Positions 1 through 12,660 of a stretch of 64,000 bases of DNA are shown in pieces. The stretch's first letter is position 1; every line of letters begins with the position of its first letter. Source of the stretch: Eledone cirrhosa (lineage: Eukaryota); assembly GCA_964016885.1 (NCBI GenBank), contig OZ024762.1, positions 20,708,001 to 20,772,000 on the forward strand, written 5' to 3'. Made by a program: the position numbers and the translations under genes. The notes below the pieces were generated by a model, which made no database searches, had not been told where the DNA came from, and worked only from the letters and a program-made list of their open reading frames with translations.

Positions 1-896
1 TACCGGAAGCTATCCACCACTTCTATAGCGCCCTCTCGCATTTGAAAAATGTGTCTATCAGTGCGACTTCTACTGTCTAATTTCCCTGTACATCTACTGC
101 ATACATATTTCTCCCTACCTGTTAGTTTGCCTGCTATCCCGCTACATCTCTTGTGTACCCAGGACCTACATTGTGTGCATTTTATAGAATTTATGCCAGT
201 TCCTTTTCTGCATATCGAACATGGCCATTTCCCTGACGGAATCAGGGTTTTGTCCTCTTTTCTACTCATCAACACTTTTGTCTTAGCTAGATTTACTCTC
301 AGTCCTCTTGCTTCCAACTGCTGTTTCCATAGCCGGAATTTATTCTCTAGCTCCTCTACTGATTCTGCCATAAGAGCCAGATCGTCAGCATAGAGAAGTT
401 CCCATGGACAGCCAGTCTTAAACTCCTCTGTTATGGCTTGGAGGACTATAATGAACAAGAGCGGGCTGAGGACCGAACCCTGATGTACTCCTACTTGTAT
501 TTGGAATTCCTCACTAAACTCCATTCCTACCCTGACTTTACTGAGAGTACCTCTGTACAAAGTTTGCACTGTCCTTACAAGCCATTCCTCAACACCCAGC
601 TTCCTTAGGGACCACCAGATGACAGATCGGGGTACCCTATCAAAGGCCTTCTCTAGGTCAACAAAGGCCAAGTATAGTGGCTTATTCTTCTCTAAGAACC
701 TCTCTTGCATTTGTCTCACCAAGAAGAGGGCATCTGTTGTACTCTTCCCAGGCACAAAACCAAACTGCATCTCATCTAGTTTGACCCTTTCTCTAATTAG
801 TTGTGCTAAAATCCTTTCTGCCACTTTCATAACCTGATCTATCAGTTTTATACCCCTATAATTGCTCCTCTCCAAAGCATCCCCTTTACCTTTGTA
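1..896 (-). mobile_element. RTE-clade LINE ORF fragment (reverse transcriptase followed by a PHD-type finger); 5'-truncated, continues beyond the window edge
   Basis: Manual minus-strand translation is open for about 298 codons: YKGKGDALERSNYRGIKL...MQFGFVPGKSTTDA...AFVDLEKAFDRVPR...GVHQGSVLSPLLF...LLYADDLAL...VNLAKTK, then CSIC-CTQC-WVH-C-CSRC. It abuts (TA)n at about 920. Confidence 0.95.
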
Positions 897-911
897 TGTA
901 TCTATGTATAA

Positions 912-974
<63 letters not shown>

Positions 975-977
<3 letters not shown>

Positions 978-1120
978 AAAAAAAAATGAAATCAAAAATG
1001 CAACTGGAGTCTTTTTTTTTTTAAATATATATATTTATTTGGTTCCTTTACCAGTTTTGCAGTTCTTCTGCTTTTCAAAAGTAGAGTTGAGATGGAAGGT
1101 CTGTGGTTTTTCTCACATCT
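975..1120. repeat. (TA)n-flanked dispersed fragment, same family as the fold-back at 48445-48660
   Basis: Shares AAAATGCAACTG..TTCCTTTACC(A/G)GTTT..TTTCAAAAGTAGA..TGAGATG..TGTGGTTTTTC with 48470-48585. Confidence 0.7.
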
Positions 1121-1140
1121 ATATATATATATATATATAT

Positions 1141-1335
1141 AACGAAGGAGTGTGGTAAGGAACCAGATGGACCATAACACACCAGAGTACTCAATATTTA
1201 GGGTAGTAGAGTGGGTAATAGGAAAAAGTTTAACCCCGATGGCAGAGCTCAAGCAGTTTCGACGGCTATTTCTGAATCCAGAAATAGCTGTCGAAACGGC
1301 TTGAGCTCTGCCGTCGGGGTTAAACTTTTTCCTAG
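1141..1335. mobile_element. Family-B fold-back insert (PLE pseudo-LTR-like) in (TA)n
   Basis: Inverted arms around a centre at about 1275. Homologous to 28315, 37808, 38625 and 46963. Confidence 0.75.
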
Positions 1336-1364
1336 ACATATATATGTATACATATAATATAATA

Positions 1365-1566
1365 TGCGCCACGGAAAAAAAAGACCCAGCACTCACTGTA
1401 AATGAGGTTGGTGTTAGGAAGAGCATCCAGCTGTAGAAATCAAGCCAGAATCAGTTCCCGTATGAGCAAGACAAGGTCAGCCGACCGGACACTGCCCACC
1501 CACAACAGGATAACCCATCTAACCCATGCTAGCATGGAAGAACGGACGTAAAACGATGATGATGAT
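1365..1566 (+). mobile_element. SINE 3' portion with RTE-type tail
   Basis: GTTGGTGTTAGGAAGAGCATCCAGCTGTAGAAA block plus ACCCATGCTAGCATGGAA..GGACGTAAAACG(ATG)n. Confidence 0.8.
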
Positions 1567-1785
1567 ATATGTATGTATATATATATATATATAAGCAAAA
1601 AGGATATTCAATTTGTTGGTAATTCAACAAATATAAATGTTTATAACTGATTCAGAGCACTCAACAAGTTTTCTGGAGTATAATATTCAATGATATTAAA
1701 TAAATGGAAACTATATTTATAAAACTAGCGTGGAAGAACGGAAGTAAAACGATGATGATGATGATGATGTATACATATATATGTA

Positions 1786-1832
<47 letters not shown>

Positions 1833-1927
1833 ATAGTGAAAAATTGAACGGGAACAAAACAGAGAGGCAGTACGAACAAATGTTTATTAGTTTCACGCTC
1901 TTGAGCATGGGGTGGTGGTGGGGGGAC

Positions 1928-1955
1928 GACGTTTCGGGCATAAGCCCTTCTTCAG
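1928..1955 (-). ncRNA. Minimal hammerhead ribozyme motif, Penelope-type
   Basis: Minus strand reads CTGAAGA-A-GGGC-TTAT-GCCC-GAAAC-GTC. It lies in a (TA)n-flanked insert at about 1835-2260. Stem I is weak. Confidence 0.75.
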
Positions 1956-2924
1956 GCGAAAAGTGTGTGGGAAAAGAGTTCCAAGGGTGTGTAGGGGAGT
2001 GGGGGAGAGACATTTAGAAGAAAGGGGGGTGAGAGGCAACGGTACAAATGAAAATAAATATAAAAGCATAATAAAAATAAAAATAAACATGAAGTAAAAC
2101 AAGTGGTGGAAGGGTGTGGGGCGTGTAGGGGTGGTGGCGGGTGGAGTGGGGAGAGGTAGGTGGGGTGTCCGAGCGGGGAGGGCTGAAGGCGGTGTGTGTG
2201 TGTGTGTAGGTGTACGTGTGTGTGTGTATGTGAGAGTTGGGGGAAGAACAGGGTTGCATATATATATATATATATATATATGTAGATAAATCTACCAAGA
2301 GTTTACGGTAGTGTCCAATCCGTATGAAGAACTCAATGTATTCCGGATATCATGGAAAGAAGAGATGTAATGAAAATCCACTTTCGGTGAAAGATAAACG
2401 GTATACAGAGTCAAGATAAAATATTAAACAAATAATGAACAAACAATTCCTTATATTAAACAAAAAAAGTTCACTATTTAACGATCGTTTCTAGGGTATA
2501 TATATATATAATTTATACGTGTTACATATATATAATATGAAAGTAAGGAAAGTGAAAAAAAAACAACATAACAATTCAACAATTCAGGAGTGAGCTACAA
2601 TAATGGTAAAACTCCAGATAAAGAATAAGATTTTTTAAAAATGTTGTAGGTAGATTAAATAAGTTTGTATAGCTACTATTTATTGAAAAACATCAAGCGG
2701 AACTGCATACTTTTCTCTTGTTTAATACACTTAGTGTTAAAGAAGAAAGGACATACACCATAAACTGGTGTAGCCAATAAGATTATTGTTCAGTAGATAG
2801 ACTTTGTAGAAGCTTTATGTTATGGCTCCTGTGTTGATGCCATTGGCAAGCTAGGTGTAACCTCTCTTATAATCCTTCAGGCTATAATGGAGGAATTTCG
2901 AGACTGGTTTCTCATGGGATGGCC

Positions 2925-3566
2925 TGCATATATATGTGTGTGTGTGTGTCTGTGTATGCATGTGTGAGTGTGTGTCTGTGTATGTATGTGTGTGTGTGTT
3001 TGTGTATGTATGGATGTGTGTGTATGTATATCTGTGTGTGTTTGTGTATGTATGTATATGTGTGTGTTTGTGTATGTATGTATGTGTGTGTGTATGTATG
3101 TGTGTATGTGTATGTATATGTGTGTGTGTCTGTGTATGTATGTGTGTGTGTATGTGTGTGTGTATGTATATCTGTGTGTGTGTGTTTGTGTATGTATGTA
3201 TGTGTGTGTGTGTGTGTGTGTATGTATATCTGTGTGTGTGTTTGTGTATGTATTTATGTGTGTGTGTATGTGTGTATATATATATATATATATGTATGTA
3301 TATATATTACCAACGTTAAACAAGGATGATGATGATAATGATGATGTGTGTGTATGTATGTGTGTATGTATGTATATGTATGTATGCATATGTATTGTGT
3401 ATGTATTTGTGTATGTATGTGTATGTATGCGCATGTGTGTGTGTATGTATGTTTGTATGTAGCTAGATATGTATGTATGTATGTGCATATGTATGTATGC
3501 ATTTGTGCATGTATGTATGTGCGTGTGTGTGTATGTTTGTATATAGGTATGTATGTATGTATATAT
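2925..3566. repeat. (TG/TATG)n compound microsatellite
   Basis: Direct inspection. Confidence 0.95.
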
Positions 3567-4192
3567 GTCAGGTCACCAGTTGGTGCTACTGGTAACATGT
3601 ATCCCAGTACAACCTGTCTCATGGTCGGGTCGTTGGCGACAAAACTAGCAACCCCACCAAGGTTTCTTGGTGAGGAGGATGACTTTGGACATCCTGCAGG
3701 ACTAAAAACAAAACCTGTCAAAGGGCAAAGGAGCTCTTAAGAGTCAATGGCCATCCAAAATCACCAGGAGAGATGACCCCTTAGCCTTTGTCAAGGCAGA
3801 ATTCTAGGAGAAGGAAAACTCTGGTATAACACCTGCAACCCTGATGGTATCCAATGATGTTGACTTGTTCTTCTTTTTGGTAAATATCATCTTGGCTAAG
3901 AGAGTGGGACTGGCTTTGTGCAGTGCCTTTGCTCACTATAAAAGCTTCACAACACAGGCATTGCTTTATATCTGGAGATCTCTCTGCACTTGTCGTCATA
4001 TGGTACCATGGGCCCAGCACTATGTGTCAATAATTGTCACAAGTGTAGTGTTTGTACCAGAGTTTTCAAGTCGCTGGCTGGACTAAAAAGTCACACTCGT
4101 TCAGCGCATCGGTAGGGGTTCTCCTACATGAATATAAAGTAGTGGCCATACTCGAAAACGAGTTGGCAGCCACCACTATGTATGTATGTATG
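3567..4192 (+). mobile_element. Non-autonomous RTE-derived element (about 610 bp) with a (TATG)n tail
   Basis: Highly similar copy at 41245-41850 and a 5' piece at 39421-39483. The 3' end encodes the C2H2 remnant HKCSVCTRVFKSLAGLKSHTRSAHR*, typical of RTE C-termini. Confidence 0.75.
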
Positions 4193-4829
4193 TACCCACA
4201 ACAGTGGGTGGAGCTGTATGGGTGCCGTATTCCCATACAGCAATTCTTGTGTATTTTAAACCTGGCAGAGCACCCATCCCTATCCTGGTCTGAATACAGC
4301 TGATATATACGAGAAAGAGAGAGAGAGAGAGGAAGAATCGACCCCAGTATTGGACTGGAACTTTCTTTATTGACCACAAAAGGATGAAGTGCAAAGTTGA
4401 CCTTGGTTTGATTTAAACACAGAGTGCTAGAAGAAGAAACTACGAAAGAATTCGAGATGTTCCTGACAAGGGGTCTCGAATAATTGTTCCCCCACCCACT
4501 TATTAATTTTTCCCAATTTTTCCACCACACCCGATCTATTCCCCACCCCTGTTATAAATTTTGCTAACCTATCTCCGGCAAAATTAATTTTCTTTAGACA
4601 TAAAAAAACATTATACATGACAAAAAAAAGAACATTACTAGAAATCCAATTTGTTATAATGTAAATAGGATGGGTTGGGGTCTCAATATGTAAACTAAAT
4701 AACTAATTCTGTTTTTTTTTAAATTAAGGGAAACAACCAAAAAAATTACCAATTTTCGACACCTTCGCTTATTCCAACCCCTCCCTGCTTATTCCACCAT
4801 CCCCTGTATATCCCCCCCCCCCTTCCTAT

Positions 4830-5030
4830 GACTTGGGACCTGAGAGTAGGTAGAAACACCTTACAGTGTACCCAGTATGGACAGTGGTCATACAATATAT
4901 GTATCAAGATCACAGGTAGGCAACAGGTAAAGAAGACTTTATATGTGACAGGGGTACAGGAGGAGTCAACACTAAGGGTATCCATGAAATGTATGTATGA
5001 GCCCATAACTCCTGGTGGAATTTTAAGGGC
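4830..5030 (+). mobile_element. Degenerate RTE PHD-finger region remnant
   Basis: VGRNTLQCTQYGQWSYNICIKITGR..ICDRGTG parallels the CTQC..WVH..CSRCTG stretch of the element at 1-896. Confidence 0.55.
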
Positions 5031-5105
5031 ACTGTAGTGTCACACAGCATCTCACAGACATTTAAAAAAAAAAAAAACTGGCAGAGCCCATTAATTACAT
5101 TGGAA

Positions 5106-5297
5106 GGGCGGTGGATTGGCAGTATTGGTAGAGGGTCGGACGCCATATTTGACGTATAGAGTTACGACCCTTGCCATTCTGAGTTCAAATTCCGCCGAGG
5201 TTAACTTTGCCTTTCATCCTTACGGGGTCGATAAAATAAAGTACCAGTAATGCACTGGGTAATTGCTGGCCTTGTGCCAAACGTAGAAACAATTAAT
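5106..5297 (+). mobile_element. tRNA-derived SINE family 1
   Basis: A-box-like TGGCAGTATTGG, B-box GAGTTCAAATTC, core GCCTTTCATCCTTACGGGGTCGATAAAATAAAGTACCAG. Other full or partial copies at about 14590, 15655, 16244, 18010, 32520-32880, 36930, 51585 and 63960. Confidence 0.85.
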
Positions 5298-5654
5298 TAC
5301 ATTGGAAGATTTAGATTTTCTGGTCCTGTAACTCCTAAGAGAAGCGTAGAGGTGCTGTATTGATATATGGCAGTTCTTGGAGATTTAAAATAAAATGGCA
5401 GAGCCTATCTCCTCTCCAGGTCTGAATACTGCATAATTTTTTTCCAGAGAAGGATAGAAAGTGAGAGAGGAAGTGAGAAAGAGATAGAGATGAAGTAACA
5501 GCCCAAGTAATGGATTGGTACTTTTTTTTTATTGACCTCAAAAGGATGAAAGTCAAAGTCAAACTCAGAAAGCAGAGAACCAGAACAAATACCACAAAAT
5601 ACTCCATCTGGTGTTCTAAAAACTCTGACAATTAACTGACTTTTATAATCATAA

Positions 5655-5846
5655 TAATAATTGTTTCTACTTTAGGCACAAGGCCAGCAATTACCCAGTA
5701 CATTACTGGTACTTTATTTTATCGACCCCCGTAAGGATGAAAGGCAAAGTTAACCTCGGCGGGATTTGAACTCAGACTGTAAAGGGACGTAACTATGCTA
5801 GAAAGCATGGCATCCAACCCTCTACCGATACTGCCAATTCACCGCC

Positions 5847-5847
<1 letters not shown>
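5655..5847 (-). mobile_element. tRNA-derived SINE family 1, inverted copy
   Basis: Reverse complement of 5106-5297. Confidence 0.85.
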
Positions 5848-5910
<63 letters not shown>

Positions 5911-6139
5911 AATTATTGTATACAGTGCTCAGGTGGGCTACAACTCATCAAAGGTGCATGTATAGTACATAGAATAATATACAAATGTCCGGGCAGTGAA
6001 TAGTGTATGAGTCATGATATACATGTGTGTGTGTGTATGGAAGGGGAATATTAGATTCTATTAAATAGAATCTCTCAAATATTCAGAAAGGTTACTAGAA
6101 ATATTCTGGATGAATGTGTGACTACCTCTCTAGTTAAAA

Positions 6140-6560
6140 TAAAATGCACCCAGTACACTCTGTAAAGTCTTAGTGCTGGTTTCATGATAATACACACCTA
6201 GTACAATTTGTGATGTCACAATAATATACACCCAGTACTCTGTTAAGTCTTAGTGTTTATATCCCAATAATACGCACCTAGTACACCCTGTAAAGTGTTA
6301 GTGTTGATGTCACAATAAAATGTACCCAGTACACCCTGTAAAATGTTAGTGTTGGTTCCACAATAAAATGCACCCAGTACTTTCTGTAAAGTCTTAGTGT
6401 TGATGTCACTATAACATGCAATATTTGTGTTGGTTCCACAATATGTACCCAGTACAATCAGCAGAGTGCCATGAAAAATGCACTCTGTGTATTCTGTAAA
6501 GTGGTAGGTCTGGAGCTACAAAACAATGCGCCCAGTTCACCCTGTAAACTGGTTGTTTGT
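6140..6560 (+). repeat. Degenerate tandem repeat of about 40-47 bp
   Basis: Repeated CACCCAGTACAC(T/C)CTGTAAAGT..TAGTGTTG..CACAATAAAATG, resembling the SINE internal CACCCAG..CTGTAAAGTGG motif. Confidence 0.7.
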
Positions 6561-6699
6561 TCAGATAGACACCCAGCCATAGAAACATCATGTCAAATAT
6601 TGAAAGTATTAGCAACATGAGGTCACTCTGACCTGTCTAAACTCAGACCATGACAACCTGTCCAGCCCAGTGTGGAAAGTGGACATGAAATGATGGTGA

Positions 6700-6702
6700 T
6701 GA

Positions 6703-6747
<45 letters not shown>

Positions 6748-6878
6748 TATATGTGTGCGCCTGTGTATGTATATTATATATATATATTATATATATATAT
6801 TTATTATTCTATTATGTGTTCCAGCTGACGTATATATATATGTGTGTGTGTGTGTTTATATATATATATATATATATG

Positions 6879-6944
<66 letters not shown>

Positions 6945-7030
6945 GATATATATGTATATATATAATATATATAATATATATATATAGATATAATGTACAT
7001 ATTATATATATATATAATATATATATAATG

Positions 7031-7085
<55 letters not shown>
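6700..7085. repeat. (TA)n-rich tract
   Basis: Direct inspection. Confidence 0.95.
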
Positions 7086-7088
<3 letters not shown>

Positions 7089-7661
7089 AGAATTGAATGG
7101 ATACAGTTTAGTTGAAAGGAATTTATATATATATATATATGTAAAATCATATATAATGAATTGTGTGTATGCACATAAATACACATACAAAAGTGATACA
7201 CATATAAAGAATGAGACAGACAGACATACAGACATAGTAAGAGAAACAGAGAGAGGGAGAGAGAGAGAGAGAGGTTGAAAACAATAAGAAAATAATTGCC
7301 TGACACAAGGCCAAAAGGTGTAAATTAAGTCCTTAAATCTTTGCCAGATAATAGAAATACAATTCCAAGTTTTTATAAGAACAGGTTTAATTTCAATTAA
7401 ACAGAGCCAAATTTCTATAATGGTGTTAGCATAAAAACAGCTTGAATATTTTAGCCATTGATGCCAAACTCTGCAAATGCTGTGACAAACAATTTTTTAT
7501 CCATTTTATATAAAATTAAACACATAATGTAGCTCGTGTGGTTGTTTCGTTTCTGTTATGAACACAATATTTTGGTCAACTTGAGTGTGTAAGTGTGTAA
7601 ATATATATATATATAGAGAGAGAGAGATTACAATAATCAAAGTTCAGTTTAAATCATTTAT

Positions 7662-7710
7662 TTGCTTACAATTGTTTCCTCCAAACCGAGGTTTGGATTC
7701 TTCGGAGCAA
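7662..7710 (-). ncRNA. Type-I hammerhead (U4C core variant)
   Basis: Reverse complement of 8412-8460. Confidence 0.75.
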
Positions 7711-8411
7711 CTATTTAGTGATCTATAACATACTTGACCTCCTTTTCAACACAAGAGACATGTTTAAACTAAACAACATGATCTATTAATTCAGAATCGA
7801 CAAGATATGGTTTATAACATGGTTATATGCTGAACCATCGTGGATTATATGATAGACCCGTGGTCTATATATTGCGTCTCATGGATTATGTGAGTGGTGG
7901 TGTGCGCGAAGACAGTGGTACTGTTTTGCCTACGATATAATATGTTTTATAATATGTTTGATATTTTTGATATTTTGGTGTTTATCTACATTCGGGACTG
8001 TATATCATACAGGTGTATGCGAATAAATGATTTAATAATTCAGCCCACATAATACTATCGATTGCCTGCTTCAACTGCCTGACCCTGCAAGTAACAATCT
8101 GACGCACTCTAATCCTGTATAAATAAGACACGCGTGCATGCTACACGTGAGATTGTTTCATACACTGACTACTCTAAACTTTCCTCTTGCTTTATCTTCA
8201 TAAACTGCCAATGCTTCATTTTTATTTTTATTTTTATTTTTATTTTTATTTTTATTTTTATTTTTATTTTTATCCTTTAACCTTTATATGTAAATTGCCA
8301 TGCTATATCATTTTGATGAATGTCATCCCACTGTGGGTCAATATGTGCATAGGTTTTTATATGTCTCTTGTGTTGAAAAGGAGGTCAAGTATGTTATAGA
8401 TCACTAAATAG

Positions 8412-8460
8412 TTGCTCCGAAGAATCCAAACCTCGGTTTGGAGGAAACAATTGTAAGCAA
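8412..8460 (+). ncRNA. Type-I hammerhead (U4C core variant)
   Basis: TTGCT-CCGAAGA-A-TCCAAAC(CTCG)GTTTGGA-G-GAA-AC(AATT)GT-A^AGCAA: stems I, II and III present, GUA cleavage triplet. Confidence 0.78.
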
Positions 8461-8666
8461 ATAAATGATTTAAACTGAACTTTGATTATTGTAATCTCTA
8501 TATAACTGCTCTGTAAAACAACCGATGTTATTACATTGAGCTATTTATCTTACTGGTAATAAGATAGTAATTAATGACTATCTTTCACTATTTAGGGTTT
8601 GTATAAAAAATATATAACCATAAAAGGTTTTATTACATACATAACCATAAATAGTATCCTTAATAC

Positions 8667-8687
<21 letters not shown>

Positions 8688-8699
<12 letters not shown>

Positions 8700-8935
8700 A
8701 GATCAAAAGATGGTTAAAAGAGTTCCATGTATTTTATTATGCGCATTTCAAAAACAAATATCATCATGCAATAACATATTTGTTTTTGAAATGCACATAA
8801 TAAAATACATGGAACTCTTTTAACCATCTTTTGATCTTATATATTATGTATACTCCAGTCCTACAAACTGTAGAGTGCTTCTTATCCGATATCTGCCTTG
8901 CTTTATTGTACTACAATAAAACTGACCTCCTACAT
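8688..8935. mobile_element. Family-C fold-back insert, truncated within hammerhead stem II
   Basis: Inverted arms about 8690-8760 and 8776-8847. Homologous to 40820-41100 and 57897-58330. Confidence 0.75.
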
Positions 8936-9018
8936 ATATATATATATATATCCAGCGAATTTTCAACCGTCAAGGTTGTTTTCCACGGCTATGTCACTAT
9001 TTATAAAACAAATTTTGT

Positions 9019-9071
9019 ATTTTATCTGATGAAAGTGCACCAAGACTGCCTTGAAATATATATAATAAAAT
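9019..9071 (+). ncRNA. Hammerhead motif, family D (stem II partly deleted)
   Basis: ATTTTAT-CTGATGA-AAG..CTT-GAA-AT(ATAT)AT-A^ATAAAAT. Confidence 0.6.
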
Positions 9072-9512
9072 AATTATGGTTTTATAAATATAGTTTCCAT
9101 TTATTAATATATTGTATATATATATATATTGTTGAAACACCCTGTAATCTCCTAGTTTCGCATACAAAAATCTTCCAGAATACAAAACTCTACATGAGTT
9201 TAATCCTGGAGGGTTGGAGGTTCCCAGAGTAAGAATGAATTGTTGCTTGCAGCTTAGTCTTGAATAGGGTGAATGTAGTGCAAAGCCAATCCTAACATGT
9301 ATCTCTTAAGAAAACTACTGCTGGTAATTTTCAAAGGATTTTGGAAATAATCAAGACTTTGATGTAAGCTGGTGTTTGGAATAGAATTTAAGAATGGCTA
9401 TTGCATAAAATTAAGACGAAAATGTTTTTAGATAAATATGAACCCTTTAAAATTAATAGGTTTGTATTGTAGAATAAAGAACAACTTTCATATGGGTTTG
9501 GTATCAACAGGA

Positions 9513-11305
9513 TTAACCCAATGTCTGGAACATAACTTAACAAAGGTTCTTATACAAAATTATGATGGAAATATTTTTAGATAAATATAAACAGTTTAAA
9601 ATTTTATAGATTTCTATCTTAGAACGATGGGCAAATTTCCAGATGAGTATTTTATCAAAAGGGTTAACCCAATGTCTGGAACATAACTTAACAAAGGCTC
9701 TTATACAAAATTATAATAGAAATATTTTTAGATAAATATAAACACTTTAAAATTTTATAGATTTCTATCTTAGAACGATGGGCAAATTTTCAGATGAGTA
9801 TTTTATCAAAAGGGTTAACCCAATGTCTGGAACATAACTTAACAAAGGTTCTTATACAAAATTATGATGGAAATATTTTTAGATAAATATAAACACTTTA
9901 AAATTTTATAGATTTCTATCTTAGAACGATGGGCAAATTTTCAGATGAGTATTTTATCAAAAGGGTTAACCCAATGTCTGGAACATAACTTAACAAGGTT
10001 CTTGTACAAAATTATGATGGAAATATTTTTAGATAAATATAAACAGTTTAAAATTTTATAGATTTCTATCTTAGAACGATGGACAAATTTTCAGATGAGT
10101 ATTTTATCAAAAGGGTTAACCCAATGTCTGGAACATAACTTAACAAAGGTTCTTATACAAAATTATAATAGAAATATTTTTAGATAAATATAAACACTTT
10201 AAAATTTTATAGATTTATATCTTAGAACGATGGGCAAATTTTCAGATGAGTATTTTATCAAAAGGGTTAACCCAATGTCTGGAACATAACTTAAAGGTTC
10301 TTATACAAAATTATGATAGAAATATTTTTAGATAAATATAAACACTTTAAAATTTTATAGATTTCTATCTTAGAACGATGGGCAAATTTTCAGATGAGTA
10401 TTTTATCAAAAGGGTTAACCCAATGTCTGGAACATAACTTAACAAAGGTTCCTATACAAAATTATGATGGAAATATTTTTAGATAAATATAAACAGTTTA
10501 AAATTTTATAGATTTCTATCTTAGAACGATGGGCAAATTTTCAGATGAGTATTTTATCAAAAGGGTTAACCCAATGTCTGGAACATAACTTAAAGGTTCT
10601 TATACAAAATTATGATAGAAATATTTTTAGATAAATATAAACACTTTAAAATTTTATAGATTTCTATCTTAGAACGATGGGCAAATTTTCAGATGAGTAT
10701 TTTATCAAAAGGGTTAACCCAATGTCTGGAACATAACTTAAAGGTTCTTATACAAAATTATGATAGAAATATTTTTAGATAAATATAAACACTTTAAAAT
10801 TTTATAGATTTCTATCTTAGAACGATGGGCAAATTTTCAGATGAGTATTTTATCAAAAGGGTTAACCCAATGTCTGGAACATAACTTAAAGGTTCTTATA
10901 CAAAATTATGATAGAAATATTTTTAGATAAATATAAACACTTTAAAATTTTATAGATTTCTATCTTAGAACGATGGGCAAATTTTCAGATGAGTATTTTA
11001 TCAAAAGGGTTAACCCAATGTCTGGAACATAACTTAAAGGTTCTTATACAAAATTATGATAGAAATATTTTTAGATAAATATAAACACTTTAAAATTTTA
11101 TAGATTTCTATCTTAGAACGATGGGCAAATTTTCAGATGAGTATTTTATCAAAAGGGTTAACCCAATGTCTGGAACATAACTTAAAGGTTCTTATACAAA
11201 ATTATGATAGAAATATTTTTAGATAAATATAAACAGTTTAAAATTTTATAGATTTCTATCTTAGAAAAGGGGCCAATATTCAGATGAGTTTCGTATCAAA
11301 AGGGT
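9513..11305 (+). repeat. Tandem satellite, 12 units of 151/148 bp, ending in a MITE-like terminus
   Basis: Units start at 9513, 9664, 9815, 9966, 10116, 10267, 10415, 10566, 10714, 10862, 11010 and 11158. Junction is TATCAAAAGGG-TTAA-CCC. A degenerate copy precedes it at about 9360-9512. Confidence 0.95.
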
Positions 11306-11459
11306 GAAAGGGTATTTACTAATGGAATATTAAATACAGCAGGTTACTTTCCAAATACAATCAATGTTTGATAGTGAAGTTGCTGAGAGATTAAAGTAAA
11401 TGATGGTTGTAACCTTTATCTCTCATTAATGCCTTAATTCCTCACTTCACAACCTTTCC

Positions 11460-11575
11460 GTTCTTCTTACTCCTTCCTCCTTTCTCTTCTTCCTCATCCA
11501 CTCTCTCTCTCTCTCTCTCTCATTCTCCTCCTCCCTTTGCCTCTTCTCTTATTTGCTCTTCCCTCTCCAGTCTCC

Positions 11576-11616
<41 letters not shown>

Positions 11617-11703
11617 CTCTCTATATATATACATGTATATGTATATATATGTATATATATATATATATATGTATATGTGTGTGTGTGTATGTGTATATAT
11701 ATA

Positions 11704-11744
<41 letters not shown>

Positions 11745-11784
11745 GTGTGTGTGTATATATATATATATATATAGATATAGATAG

Positions 11785-11817
<33 letters not shown>

Positions 11818-12038
11818 TAAGATAAAAATACTTGAGTGCATTAGAGTTAAATATATATATATATATGTATATATGTGTGTATGTATATATATATATATAT
11901 ATATGTACATGTGTGTATATATATATATACATATATATATAGATATATATATGTATATATATATACATATATATATATATATTTATGTATATATGTGTAT
12001 GTATATATATATATATATATATATATGTCATTATCCTC

Positions 12039-12076
<38 letters not shown>

Positions 12077-12214
12077 CCTTCAATACTTCTCCCCTCAAAT
12101 CTTTCAACTCCACATCCTATTGAACTTTAAACCATTTTACTCACCTCCGCCATTGCTTTCTTTACATTTGCCAAATTTTCTGCAGCATTAAAATAAATAT
12201 CTCTCATCACCCCC

Positions 12215-12250
<36 letters not shown>

Positions 12251-12660
12251 CCTTCTCTTTCCCTCTCTCTATCTTTCTATCTATCTATATATTATCTATG
12301 TATCTGCTTCTCTCTCTCCCTCTCTATCTCCTTCTCTTTCCCTCTTTATCTATGTATTTCCTTCTCCCTCCCTATCTATCTACTTCTCTTTCCCTCTCTA
12401 TCTCCTCTTTATCTATGTATCTCCTTCTCCCTCCCTATTTATCTATCTAACTACTTCTCTTTCCCTCTCTATCTATGTATCTCCTTCTGTCTACCTCTCT
12501 ATCTTTCTATTTATCTCCTCTTTCCCTCTCTATCTTTCTATCTATCTCTCCTTCTCTTTCCCTCTCTATCTTTCTATCTATCTCTCCTCCTCTTTCCCTC
12601 TCTATCTATCTTTCTATCTCTTTCTCTTTCACTATCTATCTATCTATATATCACCACCCC
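11460..12660. repeat. (CT)n, (TA)n and CT/ATCT-rich low-complexity block
   Basis: Direct inspection. Confidence 0.9.

Larger units (their letters stand above)
7624..8585. mobile_element. Family-A fold-back element: arms about 7624-7761 and 8361-8498, about 600-nt spacer, 3' extension to about 8585
   Basis: About 138-bp inverted arms with no mismatch found by eye. Arms and extension are homologous to 50855-51430. Confidence 0.85.

Noticed and set aside
49-837. Plus-strand ORFs 49..393 and 619..837
   Set aside because: Antisense shadows of the minus-strand RTE RT frame.
3567-3660. HDV-like or twister ribozyme at the 5' end of the RTE-derived element
   Set aside because: Only partial helices could be drawn (TACTGG/CCAGTA, GTCG/CGAC); a canonical P1-P3-P1.1 or twister fold was not obtained by eye. 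An RNArobo search on the consensus would settle it.
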